Position numbers and translations under genes: made by a program. This document shows positions 1 to 14,020 of a DNA stretch of 64,000 nucleotides, piece by piece; positions within the stretch are counted from its first letter, which is position 1; each line of letters begins with the position of its first letter. The notes below the pieces were generated by a model, which was not told the origin of the DNA, did no database searches, and was given only the letters and a program-made list of their open reading frames with translations. Origin of the DNA: Mobula hypostoma (Eukaryota); NCBI RefSeq assembly GCF_963921235.1, contig NC_086118.1, forward strand, positions 54,312,001-54,376,000. The letters run 5' to 3'.

Positions 1-54
1 GTAGGTTTTCTATGTTTCTATGTACATCTATAGAAAATTGTTAAGAGTTTTTGT

Positions 55-920
55 GACATAAGACTACTCAAATCTCCTCAAAGTCTTAATGAAGTACAGC
101 TATTGGTGAGTCTTCGTGGTGCATCAATATTCTTCATCCTCTGGGACACTGATGCCCAGGAACTTGAAGCTGCTTGTCCTTTCCACTGCTGACCCTTCAG
201 TGAGGACTGGTGTAGGTTCTCCTAATTTGTCCTTCTTTAAGTGCACAATTCCTTGATCTTGCTGACAGCGAGTGCAAGGTTGTTGTTGTGACACCACTCA
301 ACCAGCTGATCTATGTCACTGCTGTATGCCTCCTCAGGGCCACCTGAGTGGTGTCATCGGCAAATTTGTTGATGGCGATTGAGTTGTTCCTAACCACACA
401 GTCATGAGTGTAGAAAGAGTAGAGCAGTGGGCTAATCACACATCCTTGAGGTGCACTAGTGTTGACTGTAAGCGAGGAAGAGATGTTATTACTGATTCGC
501 ACTGACTGTGGTCTCCTGATCTCCCAATAAGAAAGTCGACAATCCAGTTGCAGAGGTAAGTACAGAGGCTGAGGTGTTGAGGCTTTTTGGTTAGTACTGA
601 GGGGAAGATGGTATTAAACACCGTGCTGTAATTGATACACAGCAGGCTTGCTGTTGTCTAGGTGCTCCAGAGCCAAGTGAAGAGGCAGTGAGGCTGCATC
701 CACTGTAGACCAGTTGTGGTGGGTAGGCAAATTGCAGTGGGTCCAGGTCCTTGCTCAGGCAGGCGTTAATCTGAGCCATGACCGACCCCTCAAAGCACTT
801 CACAGTAGATGTGAATGCTACAGGATGGTAGTTGCTGAGTCGGTTCATTTTGCTCTTCTTGGGCACCTTTGATGCCTTTGTGAAGCATGTTGGAATCTCT
901 GACTGCAGGAGTGAGAGGCT
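55..920 (-). mobile_element. Rex1/Babar-type non-LTR retrotransposon fragment (degraded RT)
   Basis: Broken ORFs with SAPQGCVISPLLYS.YTHDC...KFADDTT, LCNWIVDFL and LDPLQFAY. Confidence 0.8.
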
Positions 921-1700
921 GAAATTATAAATCCTATCCCCAGAGCAGGCAAGATCAGCCATAATGGAGCATTGTGCTACTATTTGCTCAACAAGCTCCC
1001 ACTGCATATGTCAGAAGTCCAGCTACATTTACAAATCTTATGGTAGCTGTAGTCTTAAAGTGCAATTCCTGCTAAGAGCAATACTATTTATAATTTGCTG
1101 AGAAACAAGAGAAAAAGTATATTTACATAAGATTTGAGTTTCTACAGGCAATATGAGCATTTTGAAAGGATGTATGAAAGTTTGGTAAAACAGAAAATGC
1201 TGTAAATATTTGAGTGGCAGCATTGGGCAAGGAAGAAACATTTCTATCTAGAAATTCATCCATGGGCAATACTGCTTCACATAGAAGAGTCAGTTTGTTC
1301 TACTTTCTGAAATTCTGCTCCGAAGCAATTAAACAATTTTGTACATGGAATACAACGTGCTGCATTGGCAAGAGATGAATTTCTAGGCGTTAACACTTTG
1401 TATCAATGATCTTCCCTTCAGACTGATTTCTGATAGGCAGGTGCTTTTTTTGTGTTTTGGAGTCCACTATTAATATTACGATTGTATCACTGTTATCTGC
1501 CAAATATTCATCATTTGCATGCTGGATTCTTACCACTTCCAACATTCTGGTTTTAGTTGAGATTCTCAACATCTCCAGTGCTATTGTTCCATGGCTGCGT
1601 ATAGTTCCAGAATTTTATTTTTGTACAGTTCCTCATAAAGATCATTTGTGTTTGCGAAGCCATTTCTTACTTGCTCTATTGGTTTCTACCTTATGATACA

Positions 1701-2244
1701 CACTCAGAAACCACTTGATTATGTTTACCTGTTCACCTATTTGTCAATGCATTTATCTAATCAGCCAATCAAATGGCAGCAACTCAGTACTAAAAAACAT
1801 GCAGACATGGTCAAGAGGTTGAGTTGCAGTTCGGACCGAGTATCTGATTGGGAAGAAATGTGATTTATGTGACTTTGACCATGGAATGATTGTTGATACC
1901 AGACGAGTGGCTTAAGTATGGCAAAAACTGCTGATCTCCTGGGATTTTCACACATAACAGGCTCTAGCGTTTTTACAGAGAATGGTGCAATAAATGAAAA
2001 AAAATCCATTGAGTGGCAGTTCTGTTGGCGAAAATGCCTTGTTAATGGGAGAGGTCAGAGGAGAATGGCCAGACTGGTTCAAACTGACAGAAAGGTGACA
2101 GTAACTCAAGTAACCCCATTTTACAACAGAGGTGTGCAGAAGAGCTTCTCTGAATGCACATGTTGAACCTTGAAGTGGGTGGACTACAGCAGCAAAGGAG
2201 CCCAAACATACACTTAGTGGCCACTTTATTAGGTATAGGAGGTA
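1701..2244 (+). mobile_element. Tc1/mariner deletion derivative (transposase N-terminal HTH remnant)
   Basis: TIR-like cactcag..ccactt.att at 1701 and a second copy cacttagtggccactttattaggta at 2211. Translation contains DFDHGMIV..TADLLGFSH..GQRRMARLV, typical of the Tc1 paired-like domain. Confidence 0.8.
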
Positions 2245-3009
2245 GATCACCCACTTCACTTCAATTTAAAATGTTTGATTTCTAAGTTTCTCAGTCCTGC
2301 TGAGGTGTCAGGGGCCTCTCTCCATTGATGCTGCTCAACCTGATCAGTATTTCCAGCTTTCATTTCATTCCCGCTCAAGCTGGATTTCATTTAGGTGACA
2401 GAACAGAAGAGTAGCACCTTAATGATATGTGGATCAAAACTACAAAAGAGAAAACAATTAGTATTATTTAGTGGGGTAAAAGCACAAAGCTCCAGCAAGG
2501 TATGGTACTACAGTAGTTGCCATTAAGTTGATTCCTGAAGTCAGGACTGTAGACTGAAGTTTGAAACTACCATACCTTGTGGGAGAACTGAAATTCAGTT
2601 CAGAAGTCAGTATTAACAATGGTGGCCATGAAACTAATGGATTGTTGGTTCAGTATTATCTGCCACCCTTGCCTGGCTACTCTGGCTAAGTTGGGGGCAG
2701 CAAATGCCAACCGTGCTACTGGCACCCACAAAAAAAAATCAGAGTTCTAAGCTAAAACTGGAAGTAAAATTTGTCTTTCACAGGATTAACTGGTGAATTG
2801 TCGAATGTTTACATGATTAGTGTATTATCATCAACATGCTTCATTTCTGAAAATTGTCCAAGCCCTTTGTACAGCTTTCAATACTTAACAACTGTGGGAT
2901 TTGAGTGAAAATAGTACAAAATGTAAGTGAAACAGGCACAAATGGATTCAATTTTACACCATCTGTATTCTGGCAGATGCAAGTTTGTCAATTTACTAAC
3001 ATTTTGTGT

Positions 3010-3536
3010 GGCACAGTAACGTAGCGGTTAGTAATAATGCTGTACAGCACCGGCGACTGGAATTCGGGGTTCAATTCTCGCTGCTGTCTGTAAAATGTTC
3101 TTCTTGTGACTGTGTGGGGTTCCTCCTGGTGCTCTGATTTCCTTCCAAAGTCTTATGAAGAAAGCCCTTAACTCCGAGTGGAGTCATCGGGATGCCGTCA
3201 TGATGGTGTGTTTTTTTTAACAGGCTTTCTTATTTTTACAAGGCCCAGTTGCTAGCTCAATGCTCAACCCAGCACGGATGGAAAGCGTGCAAGGGAGCTG
3301 GCTGGATTTGAACTCGGGAGCCTTCGCTCCGAAGTCCGGCACTGATGCCACTACACCACCAGCCAGCTCAAAAATCTTCTGGGTTTGGGTTAATTGTGGG
3401 CATACTGTGGTGGTACTGGAAGTATGGCCACACTTGTGGGCTGCCCCTAGCATCTTTGGCCTGTGTTGGTCGTTGACGTAAATGACACATTTCCCTGTAT
3501 GTTTTGACATACATGTGACAAATAAAGTTTATCTTT
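3010..3536 (+). mobile_element. tRNA-derived V-type SINE interrupted by a second SINE
   Basis: A box (tagcggttag), B box (ggttcaattc), V-domain-like gggttcctcctggtgctctgatttcct, and a tail catgtgacaaataaag resembling Rex/Babar 3' ends. Confidence 0.75.
3158..3368 (-). mobile_element. tRNA-derived SINE (Arg-TCG-like head) nested in the V-SINE
   Basis: Minus strand reads GGCTGG TGGTGTAGTGG ... GACTTCGGA ... GAGTTCAAATCCAGCC. Degenerate TSD caaagtcttatg / caaaaatcttctg. Confidence 0.7.
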
Positions 3537-6500
3537 CATTTGTGAACCACTGTAGATAAATCGAGTGTCTAATCTGCTTAAAGTAATATACCTCAAAGAG
3601 TAGCTGCAAAGCATTTTAAGGAACAATAAAGTGTCAAAGGTACGACTAAAATGCAAGTTTCTTTTTTTTTACTATACTTAACATCCTATTTTTCTAAAGA
3701 CTCTGGCCTTGTTACCTCACTTAATCTTTCTAAGTCCTATTTGAACTTTACATAGGAACCGAATTAAGCCCCTCGGGTTGGCATTTTAAAAAATTCACAT
3801 CTTTCTTTTATCTGTAGTGCCACTGGTAAGAAGAAAATCGAATGTGCTGCCAGCTGCAATCCTTCATTACAAACGTGCCTTGAGATTTGCTTAGTGTTTA
3901 TGCTATCACGTTGCAGAATTCTATTTTCAGACTTTAGACTAAAAGATAGGTGGCAGAATGTTTGCTAGAAGATTAATCATTCTCTGCCACCTTCCTATAA
4001 ATAGAGACAATGCTTCTAGTGCAAGATGTACAATCACTCACCAACTCCCTTTTTCTTTCTTTAGCACCAATCTGTTTCACTGAACAAGCTTTTTAAGATC
4101 AGATCAGAATTGGGTTGATAAAACTCCTAAAGAAATTCTGCCATTTAGTTCAGTGATTTTTTTTTCTCTCTAGGCTGTCCCTTGGGGTGGAGAAGCATTT
4201 ACGTTTATTGAGGTGGCTGGTAATACAAGAAAGATTTTATGTGCTATATGAAAGACTTATGGGAAACAATTGCTTGTGGGCAATGGAGAGCTATTTTGGT
4301 CTTCTCATGAAGTGCTTATTGTGTGAAGGCTGTGGATAAAGAATTTTGTAAGATCAGTCAGGATCAAGTGAACGTTTGGCATACATACAAGAGGTAAGAG
4401 TTGTGGGATTTGATTGAAGAAGCACCCTTGTCTATGTCAGTTTGGGGAGTGGGCTACTGAAGCTAGCCAAGTAATCCTCACTAATCAATCCAATGATTAT
4501 GGTGTCATGTATGAGATCTTCATTCTTAATGGAGGGTGAGGTTAGATAGAATGGTGTCCAATCCCATCTTACACCTGATACTGAAAGTAAAACTGTCCCA
4601 AATCATTAGAGACTGCCTAGTAAGCACGTTTAAATGAAAATTATAATCTATATATATGTTCCACTGTAAGAGATTTAAATTAAAGACTGAGGTCCACTTT
4701 TCAAGTTGATGAATTATTTATGAAAAATTACAAGGCCTAACTGTTTGGAAATGTATTTATATACAGAGTAGAGCAGCATATATTGCCCATCCTTAACTAC
4801 CATGAATAGGTAATAGTGAGCTGCCTCCTTGAACTGCTACAAGTTCACCTGGTAGAGGTACTTTTCAGACTGTCATTGTGGAGAGAATTCCAGGATATAC
4901 ACCCAGTAACAGGGAAACAGAAGTCATATATTTAAAGTTGTGATGAGTTAAAGGGAACTTGCTTATGGTGGTGTTCCTTGCAGCTGCTTTCTTGCCCATC
5001 TTAGGAGCAAATTGATATGAGTTGGAGTTCAGAAACAATTTTGTTGATTCAGTTGTACGCAGTGTTGATTATACCTCACCTGAGGTAATGTTTTGGTTCC
5101 TTAATTTGTGAATGTAGAAGCATTTTCTGATATGAATGGAGTGTACTATAATTAACGACTAAAAAAATGTATAGATCTATATCCTTTGAGCTTCACCCTG
5201 TCTATGCCCCTCATGATCTTACTGTATATACTGCTATCAGGTTACCCCTCAATTTCCTGTGCTAATCAACACAACCTTTCCTTGTAACTCAGGCACCCAC
5301 GTCCAAGCAACTTCTAGTAAATCTTTTCTGCATCTTTCTCATTTAGTGATAGCAAAACTGTACACAATACTCCATAGGGCCTCACCAATATCTAGATTAT
5401 AACTGCAACATAACTTCCCATCCCCTATATTCAGTGCCCTGACTAATGAAGGCCAATGTGCCAAACATTGTCTTCACCACCCTGTCTACCTGTAACGTCA
5501 CTTTCAGCAAAATAAGCACTTATACTTTCCATTTCATAACATAGAATTATATTTTTTCTGTTTCTTATTTGCACCTTTACTTAAGGTCAGAATACTTTAA
5601 GTACATCAATAGGAATGGACTATTTAATCCCACAGGCGAATTCTGTTATTACTTATTCTTCATCTGCATCTTAATTATATTCATCTGTATCAAACCCAGA
5701 GCTTTGCATAACAGGTCTAATAGTCTGTTTTGATAAATTTAGTTGACTGTTATAGCCACTTGAATGAGTCTGAAATTTTCGTTATCTTTTGCATGAAAAA
5801 TTCTGTCCAAACTCAATCCTGAGTGGGCTAGTTCTAATTTTAATATTATGCCCACCAGCCTTTGAAAACATTGCAGTACTCCAGACAATTTGCACTGTAC
5901 ATTCTTAAGTTGCTTTATTGAGGTTCAATGTCTGAAATGCAATAATGAATTCTACATAAGTAAGATTTCATTCAACCACTGTATCCCTTTCACCTTTTTG
6001 AATTTTAAAACCCTTGAGATAAAAACAGCATTCCGTTACCCATTTTGATTATTTTTACCTGGCCACAAGTTGTTGGTAATTTCAGTACAAAAATACAAAA
6101 ATGTTTTGGTTCTTCCACAGTTCCCAGTCATATCATTACAAGGATAATTAATAAATGCTGTGTCAATCTAATTAAGATCTGTATTGAGCAAACATTTAGT
6201 GAAGGTGGGATGCCAGTCACAGGTTCCCCGAGGTTTAGATATCATAACACCTCTCCTTGGAGCTATGGAGTATCACAGCTTTTATAAGCATTATGCTGAA
6301 ACAGCTGTTTTTATTTCAGAAGCACAAGAGGCACCAGGATTTACTGAAGAAGGGAATGCGAATGAGACTTCTGACCTCAACAGCTTTCTAGACACTTCAC
6401 CCTACATTTTGTGTTGAACCGCATGATGACATCCTCTACTCTGATAGGCTGCCATTCACTATCTAGGCTTTCACATGAATTAGTGTCCATCTGTTGATCC

Positions 6501-9500
6501 ATAACTTGCCAAGGAAATTAATGCCATCGGGGTGGAGAGGTGAAAGCTTAGGGAAATTAAATGCCAACCTTATATTACTAACTATAAACCCATTAATTTT
6601 ATTTCTTGACATAGGTATCAAATTCTTCTGCTTTCAAAATCGACCACTAGTGTGTTTCTCAAATTCTGCCATGTGGTTTCAAGATTGCAAAACCTTAGAA
6701 ATAATGGATGGTAGAAATATATATTAGTAATCCTGCCTGTAACCTACCACAAAACAAAAAGTACCGTGCTGTATAGCAGTTATCAAAGTAGCATTTCCCT
6801 TTTCACTTGTTTCTTCCTTTCCCTAAATTAATCATATTCTTTTTAGTTATTTTTACAAACTGAGCATCCTAACTAAAGCAATTTAAGTCAACAATTTATT
6901 TTGGTTATCTCACCCTGCCTTTATATTTAACTGCTGAATATTTAACTTCATCCTTAAATGAAATTATTTAAGGTTGCAAGAGTATTATCTTATGGCTTCT
7001 CTGGATTATTCCAATGACATCATTGTATTTCTACCCATGAGCATATGAAATAGGAGCAGGATACTTGAACCTCCAGACGGTATACTGTGGATCATAGTGG
7101 GACAATATTATGATCAAGATGCAACTGGTGAAACATTCAGAGATTGAAGATTTGGAAAATACTATAGCTTCAGATTCAAATTGCAATGTGCAATCACAAA
7201 GATACCATTTCCACTGTAGTTATGGGGTCCTGTGCCATATAGTGGTGCATTACTTTTATTTATAAGGATTTCTTTATGAACCGGAGCAAATAGCCTCTGA
7301 TCAAGTAACATAGTACAGTTGATTTGACAGCAGCCAATTTGTGTACAGTAATGATTTCCCCACCTAACCTACTATAGTCAAACAACACTACAGCATAGAA
7401 ACAGGCCCTTTGGTCCATTTAGCCCATGCTGAGCTATTATTTTGCTTAGTCCCATCAACCTGCATCTAACCAAATTTCTCAGAAATATTCAAATCAAACC
7501 CGCATCTAGCGCTTCTGCTCACAGCTTGTTCCACACTCTCACCCTCTAAGTGAAGAAATTCCTTCTTGTATTCCACTTAAATGTTTCACCTATCACCTTT
7601 ACCCCATGACCTCTAGTTCTAGTCTCACCCAACCTCAGTGGAAAAAGCCTGTTTGCATTTACCCTCTGTAGCCTTCAAAATTTTGCTTTTTCCTACAGAT
7701 GACATAATTTTTAATATAGGATGATTTACTCAATTTATGCTTTTTACGTATCTGTTATTAAACTGTTAGAAAGCCATTGCCTGCCTGTAAGGCTCAGATA
7801 CTGATGTTCCAGTACTTCTTCCAAATTAAAACTCTAAATTGAGCCAAAGATACCACATAGAGTAAGGCACGACTGCAAGGAAATTCGATTACATTTCCTG
7901 TGGAAGTCCATGAGTAATCAACATATCATAAATAATCTTTCACACTATTTTTAACACAGCATAATATGAACTGTGGCAAATTTAGAAACATTCATTGAAA
8001 GATGATTTGAATTGAGGATAAAAGTAGGGAATATCTCCAGTGGTTGGATCTGCGTCATATAGTTCATAAAGTATTAAATCCCAGTTAGTTACACCATTTC
8101 CTAATTTTTAAGTTGATTAATTGTTCCTATCACAGGATGATTAATCAAAGTTCTGGCAATTTTGAGGTCTTGATTTAATGCACCCGTAAGGGAGACACAA
8201 GTGCTTCTCATAGCTACCAGGAGTTTCACATTGAACCCTTGTAGTTCTTTATTATGTTTTATTCCAAACAAAATACAAAAATACAAACTGTTTTTAATAG
8301 AATTTTACAAACGCTATAAGTTGCTAACTGTTCACGTGGTAATTAACACCCATAATTTCAGAAACAAACTACATTTCATCAGTAAATCGTGCTGCTGAAA
8401 CCACTATGGTATAAACCGGGTTCTAGATGTAACGGTCTCGGGGATAATCAGCTTTTCAAATCATGTTCAGATCTTATTACAACAATTACAATGAGGATGT
8501 CAGCTGACATGAGGTAAATTTAGATTAGAAACTAACCAGATTCATTTATTGTGGTGATCTTCAAGTTCCATACTCTTTTTGAAACAAGTTGTCTTCAGCT
8601 ACAGCAAATAATCATGAAGGCTAATGAATGATGCAATTTATTTCAAGGGATATACCGTATGAAAGTAAGGGAGGTTTGCTGCAACTTTATAGGAGACATT
8701 GCTTCAAAAAAGTCATCCCTTTTTTGAGAAGGACAGAAGTCATAAATGTTTGGGAATTCTCTGTTCAGAGAGCTGCTGTGAAGATTGGGGCAAGGCAAGG
8801 ATAGTTTTCAATGTGCAGTCAACTGAACTGAGATAGGTCCTCTTTACACAGTATGGGACTGGAGCCATTTGGTATACTGAGAGAAAATAAGCATGCAAAC
8901 GAAGAGTTCAAGGGTGAAATTTGCTGAACAGTTATTATTAGTCTTTAAGGTAGATTCTATTGGCTATTAACACCTGTAGTATCGTATATGATTGGTGATT
9001 GATTATGCAAATAAGGAATTTGAACATTCTCAAGGTTACCAATTGGTCAATTACTACATCCAATTTGTCAATTTATGTATAAAAATGGCATTTCTTTCTT
9101 CAAACATTAGTACAGTATTGGGAGATATGGTTCATTTCTCAGCAGGCCTTCATTTCAATAAGTTAGGAAAAGGATGTGCATTTGCATTTCTGATGGGACT
9201 TGTGATTCATTGGGGAGAGGAATGCTGAATGCACACATGATGTGACTGCACATCTGCTTTGCTGCAGTGACTCAGGGTCAACTTAGGATACATGTCTGCG
9301 TAAATGTTGCCAATTGTACTTGAAAGTGTAGCCGAGGCCAGTTTAGGGAGGAACATCAAGGCTATCACAAGATTTAATTTGAAAGTCAACTGGCCTGTTA
9401 CATTTACTGTCCATATTCGCTTGGGTGAAATTTGTAGACAAGAGTTCAAATGCATCCTATATAAATTAGCACCTTCATGAGTGAGTAGAGAAATAAAGAA

Positions 9501-9809
9501 TGGTATTTGGAGGAAGTAAGCAGAATGCTCATTACACATCTTAAACTGTTTACTAGGATTTTTATGATATGAATTCATAATTGTAAACATGAACCACTAA
9601 TAGTAATTAATGTTTCTTTAGATTAAGTTGCTCAAAGCACCATATAAAATATAGCAAAAATAAACAGATGCAATTTATTACTAATATCTACATTGAGGGA
9701 AGATGGCCCCTCATCTGTATCATTGTTTACTTTTCAAAATAAACCATGCATATACAAAATGTTAGGAATTGTTGAAAGGGTAGTCACATCCATCGTGCCT
9801 TCATTTTGA

Positions 9810-10620
9810 ACACAGAACAGTATAGCACAGGAACAGGCCTTTTGGCCTATGACGTCTGCACCAAATATGATGCCAGATTAAAGTAAATCTCTTTTGTCTG
9901 CACATAATCCATATCCTTTCATTTCCTGTATGGTTTGTCTAAAGGCCTGTTAAATGCCAATACTGTATCTGTTTTAACTACTATCTGGGCAGTCTGTTCC
10001 AGGTTCCTATCACTGTTGGTGTTAAAAAAAATCTTGCCCACACATCACCTTTAAACTTTCCCCTCTCACGTTAAATACATGTCCTCCATATTTGACATTT
10101 CTACCCTGGGAAAAATATTGACTGTAAACCTTATCTATGCCTCTCATAATTTTATAAACTTCTACCAGGTCTCTCTCAGTCTCTGATAACCCAGAGGAAA
10201 CCATTATTTATCCAATCATTCCTTTTAACTGATGGTCTCTAATCCAGGCAGTATCATGGTAATCCTCTTCTGTGACCTCCACATTCACTGACTATTGGGA
10301 GGCCTGTAGAATAATCCCATCAAAGGGATTGCCCCTCTCTTATTCCTTTGTCTACTCGTATAACGTCATTAGTTAATCCCTCCAGGACATTCTTCTTGAG
10401 TACTGCCATGATCTTCTCAGCGTAACCCTCCCCTTTCATGCCAAAGTTATTACTTTGCTCAGAGTTGCCAGTCCCGTCCCTCCATCAACCACGTTTCTGA
10501 GATTATAAATGTATCATAGCCCTACACCTGATCCATACACCCAACACATCTATCCTACTTGTGAGACTCCTTGCATTAAAGTTACAGTTAAACCACTGGG
10601 TCTTTCATGCTCCCTCTCTT
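9810..10620 (-). mobile_element. CR1 LINE 3' fragment
   Basis: ORF remnant RDLVEVYKIMRGIDKV and CR1 tail (acagcacaggaacaggcct). Confidence 0.75.
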
Positions 10621-10635
10621 GTTTGATGATACTTA

Positions 10636-10830
<195 letters not shown>

Positions 10831-11179
10831 TCAGTTGCATTCACTTTAGATATAATTTTGAAAGTAGATTATCTGCAAATTACTGAATCTAATTGTCCCT
10901 TATGAAACAAGGAACAGCAGTTGAAGTATAAATAAAAAAAAAACTGCAGATGCTGGAAAACTGAAAAGACTGAAATTATACTGGAAATACATCAAATAAC
11001 ATCTGTTACTGATAGAGGCATTATTTAAAAAACACAAAAAGACTTTTTTAATGGGGAAAAACAGATCTAAGATATTAGATAAATTTAGGCTTGCTGAATA
11101 TAAAATACACTTAAATTTTCGAACAGTCATTTGTTCCCTGACCTCCTGATTCCAGATCTAACCTGGGCTGGGCTCAGTG

Positions 11180-11930
11180 GGCATCAGACATGGGAGATCT
11201 ATAGAACGTGGTGCTCAACATTTTGGACAATCAATCAGTATAGGACTTGTCAATGACTTGGCATTTAATGTATGAGTGTTGTGCAACAGTGTGACCTGTG
11301 ATTACAAGTGCATAGCTTGCTGAAAGTGGCCACACAAATAGCCAGGGTAGTGAAGAAGGCACTTACACACTGGCCTTCAGTTTAGAAGTAGGGTCTTTAT
11401 GTTGCAGTTATGCAAACTGTTGGTGAGGCCACACTTGAAGTATTGTGTACAGTTATGATCACCCTGTCACAGGAAGGAAACTGTCAAGCTGAAGATGATG
11501 CCAAAGAGCTTTATGAGGATGCTGTCAGGAATAGAGGGCCTGAGTTATACAGCGAGGTTGACTTGGCTGGATCTTATGAAGTGCAGGGGAATGAGAGGTG
11601 ACCTCACAGAAGTTTATAAATTCATGAGGAGTAGGGATAAAGTGGATAGTCATAGTCTTCCCCCCCAGGAGTCTGAAACTTGAGGGCACAGATAAAAGAT
11701 AAGAGACAAGAGACTTAAAAGATATCTGAGAGGTAACGTCTTTGTTCAGAGGGTAATGAGCTGCCAGAGGAAATGGTTGAGAGAAGTCCGACTGCAGCAA
11801 TTAAGAGGCACTCAGATAGATTTGGAGGTTTATAGGCAGAATGTGGGCAGCTGGGACTAGCACGGAGGATACTATGGTCGCATCGACCAGTTGAGCTGAA
11901 GGCTTGCTTCCTTGCTGTATTACTCTGTGA
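11180..11930 (+). mobile_element. CR1 LINE 3' fragment
   Basis: LVRPHLEYCVQ-like and RGMRGDLTEVYKFM remnants, plus the CR1 3' tail. Confidence 0.75.
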
Positions 11931-12489
11931 TCCCAGCACAGCGAGGGTGTCAGTGAACTGAGTTATAGTGGAATGCTGCAGTTTAGCCATTGTTCTGCTT
12001 GGCTAAGATCTTACAAATAGTAAAGGAGAATATCTGGCCCATTATTTATTAAGGTTCTTTTCCACATTTTCCTCCTTCAGGCCAGTGCTTCCTGTTCTTT
12101 TTGAATGAAGGTCTCGGGATGGGAGCCACTGCAATAGACTCTACTTTATCGGACAGCAGATCCCATTAGCACCAATCTGCATCTGCTTCAGCCACCGGTG
12201 GGAAAATAAATACCATGCAATTAGAAAACCATAAAATATTACTATGAATCTTTTACTCTTTATCCTGCACTGATCGCAGGACATCCAGGAAATAACAGAA
12301 ATGCCATGCTTTCATTCAGACATCTGATATTTTTATTACAATTATTTCACCAAAAAATCAATCCACTGATGACAACAGATGAGCATTGATGACCCTAATT
12401 TTAAAAGGAATGAATTGTATTATTTGATGCCTTATTTTTTATAAATGTATGCATGTTGGAATAATGAACAGATGTATAAACATTATGAA

Positions 12490-13920
12490 TGACATTGCTG
12501 GAAATATTCAGCAGGTCAAGTAGCATATGTGAAGAGAGAAATTGCTAATGAATGAAGTCCATGATCTTCCATCAGAACTGTGTGTTTAGAAAATGAACAC
12601 ATTTTTAATTGTGTGGTTTGGGTGTAGAGTGGAGAATAGGAATGCCTATGTTATGAGAGTAGACTGAACAATATAAAAGGTAACAGAGGCTGATCTATCT
12701 GAAAGAGAAGGAAATGTATGAATGAGGACAAAGGGGAAAGATAACTCCCTGCCAGAATTGAGATACAAAATACTGCAGTGGCTACAAATCTAAAATGAAA
12801 TTATATTTTGCAAATAGCCAGCAGGCCCTGTCAAGAGAGGGAATAAAACTGAATTCATGTTATAGAATGATGACTTTTCATCTGCACTGTGGAATAGAAA
12901 AGTTATCTGAAATTGTTAAATTTAGTATTAGGTTTGGTGGGCTGTATTTTGCCTTCCATTTTGTTCGGCTGTGTTGGAATAAAGGCAGAGATGTCAGAGT
13001 GGGAATGGAGTGGAGAACCAAAGAGACAAGCAATATGACATTCAGGATCACACCAGTAGTCTGAATGGAAATGATCTTTCAAAAGGAAACTACACTGTGA
13101 GCATCAAATGTCAAAATGGAACCGATGCTGTCAAGTGCCTTGTCAACTATGGGAGAAGGGGTAGCATAGTTAACAAAATGGGAAGGTGTCTTGGAAAATT
13201 CATGTGGAGAGAATTATTATCTGAACAGGTACAGTGCAGCTGGAAAACATGAGGTAATGAAATGGAGCTCCTACAGTATTACTTACAATTTAGTACCTCA
13301 TTTGGTCTCCTCTATATAGGGAGAAATTGCTCTGTAAAGGAGAATTTGAGGTTCTAGTTACCTGTCACTTTAATTCTCCATTCTGCTCTCACTTTGGCCT
13401 CTTGCACTAAAAAGCAGCAATTCACTTTCTGACTGGGCACATTGCAGCCTAACACTGACACCTATCAAAGTAGCTGTACCAGGCAGCACTCAACACTGAA
13501 GCCAACAACTTCAGAAAACCAGCCTTTCCAGTTTCTGTCAGAACCTGATGAAAGGTGATTGACCTGTTACATCAACTCAAGTTTTCTCTTTCCACAGATG
13601 CTGTCTGACCTGGGCATTTCCCAAACTCTGTTTTATTTCAGATTTACAACTGTTCTGTATTACAGTTCCTGACATTTTTCTCTTTCTCCCTGTTGCCTTT
13701 ATTCATTGTTTTCCGTTTATAATCCTTCAAGAAAAATCAGCTATGATTAACAAGTCTTCACCATTCTCTCTTGCCCATTATCTTTCCTGCTATTTAAAAC
13801 ACCTTTGATTTCTTAATGCAAATGAAAGGGCAGTAGCTTGAAGAGTTATTTCTCTCCCTGCAGATGCTACCTAATCAATTGCCCTTTCGATCTTAGATTT
13901 ATAGCATCTGCAGTTTTCTT
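12490..13920. mobile_element. Old Penelope-like element in inverted (fold-back) arrangement with tandem pLTR remnants on each arm
   Basis: Minus-oriented pLTR remnants at about 12495 and 12765 and plus-oriented ones at about 13540-13650 and 13800-13920. GIY-YIG remnant (ggtctcctctatataggga, GLLYIG) at about 13305. Confidence 0.55.
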
Positions 13921-13957
13921 ATTATTATCATCTTCCATTCAGCATCAACACTCTTAC

Positions 13958-14020
13958 CTGTAAATTATTCCTTTCTGATGCAAGAAGAACAGTCCGACTG
14001 CAATCTCTGCTGCATAAAAA
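13958..14020 (-). CDS. PRKCA: PKC alpha exon 12 (FYAAEIAVGLFFLHQKGIIYR), absent from the ORF track
   Basis: Translated by hand: ttttag|T TTT TAT GCA GCA GAG ATT GCA GTC GGA ... ATT TAC AG|gtaaga. 63 bp, phases match exons 11 and 13. Confidence 0.95.

Noticed and set aside
3295-3368. tRNA-like cloverleaf with A and B boxes
   Set aside because: The anticodon stem is broken and it is followed by a SINE body and TSD, so it is a SINE head rather than a tRNA gene. The same applies at 37109 and 27768.
8497-8510. 14-bp perfect palindrome ATGTCAGCTGACAT
   Set aside because: A few palindromes of this length are expected by chance in 64 kb, and there is no supporting context.
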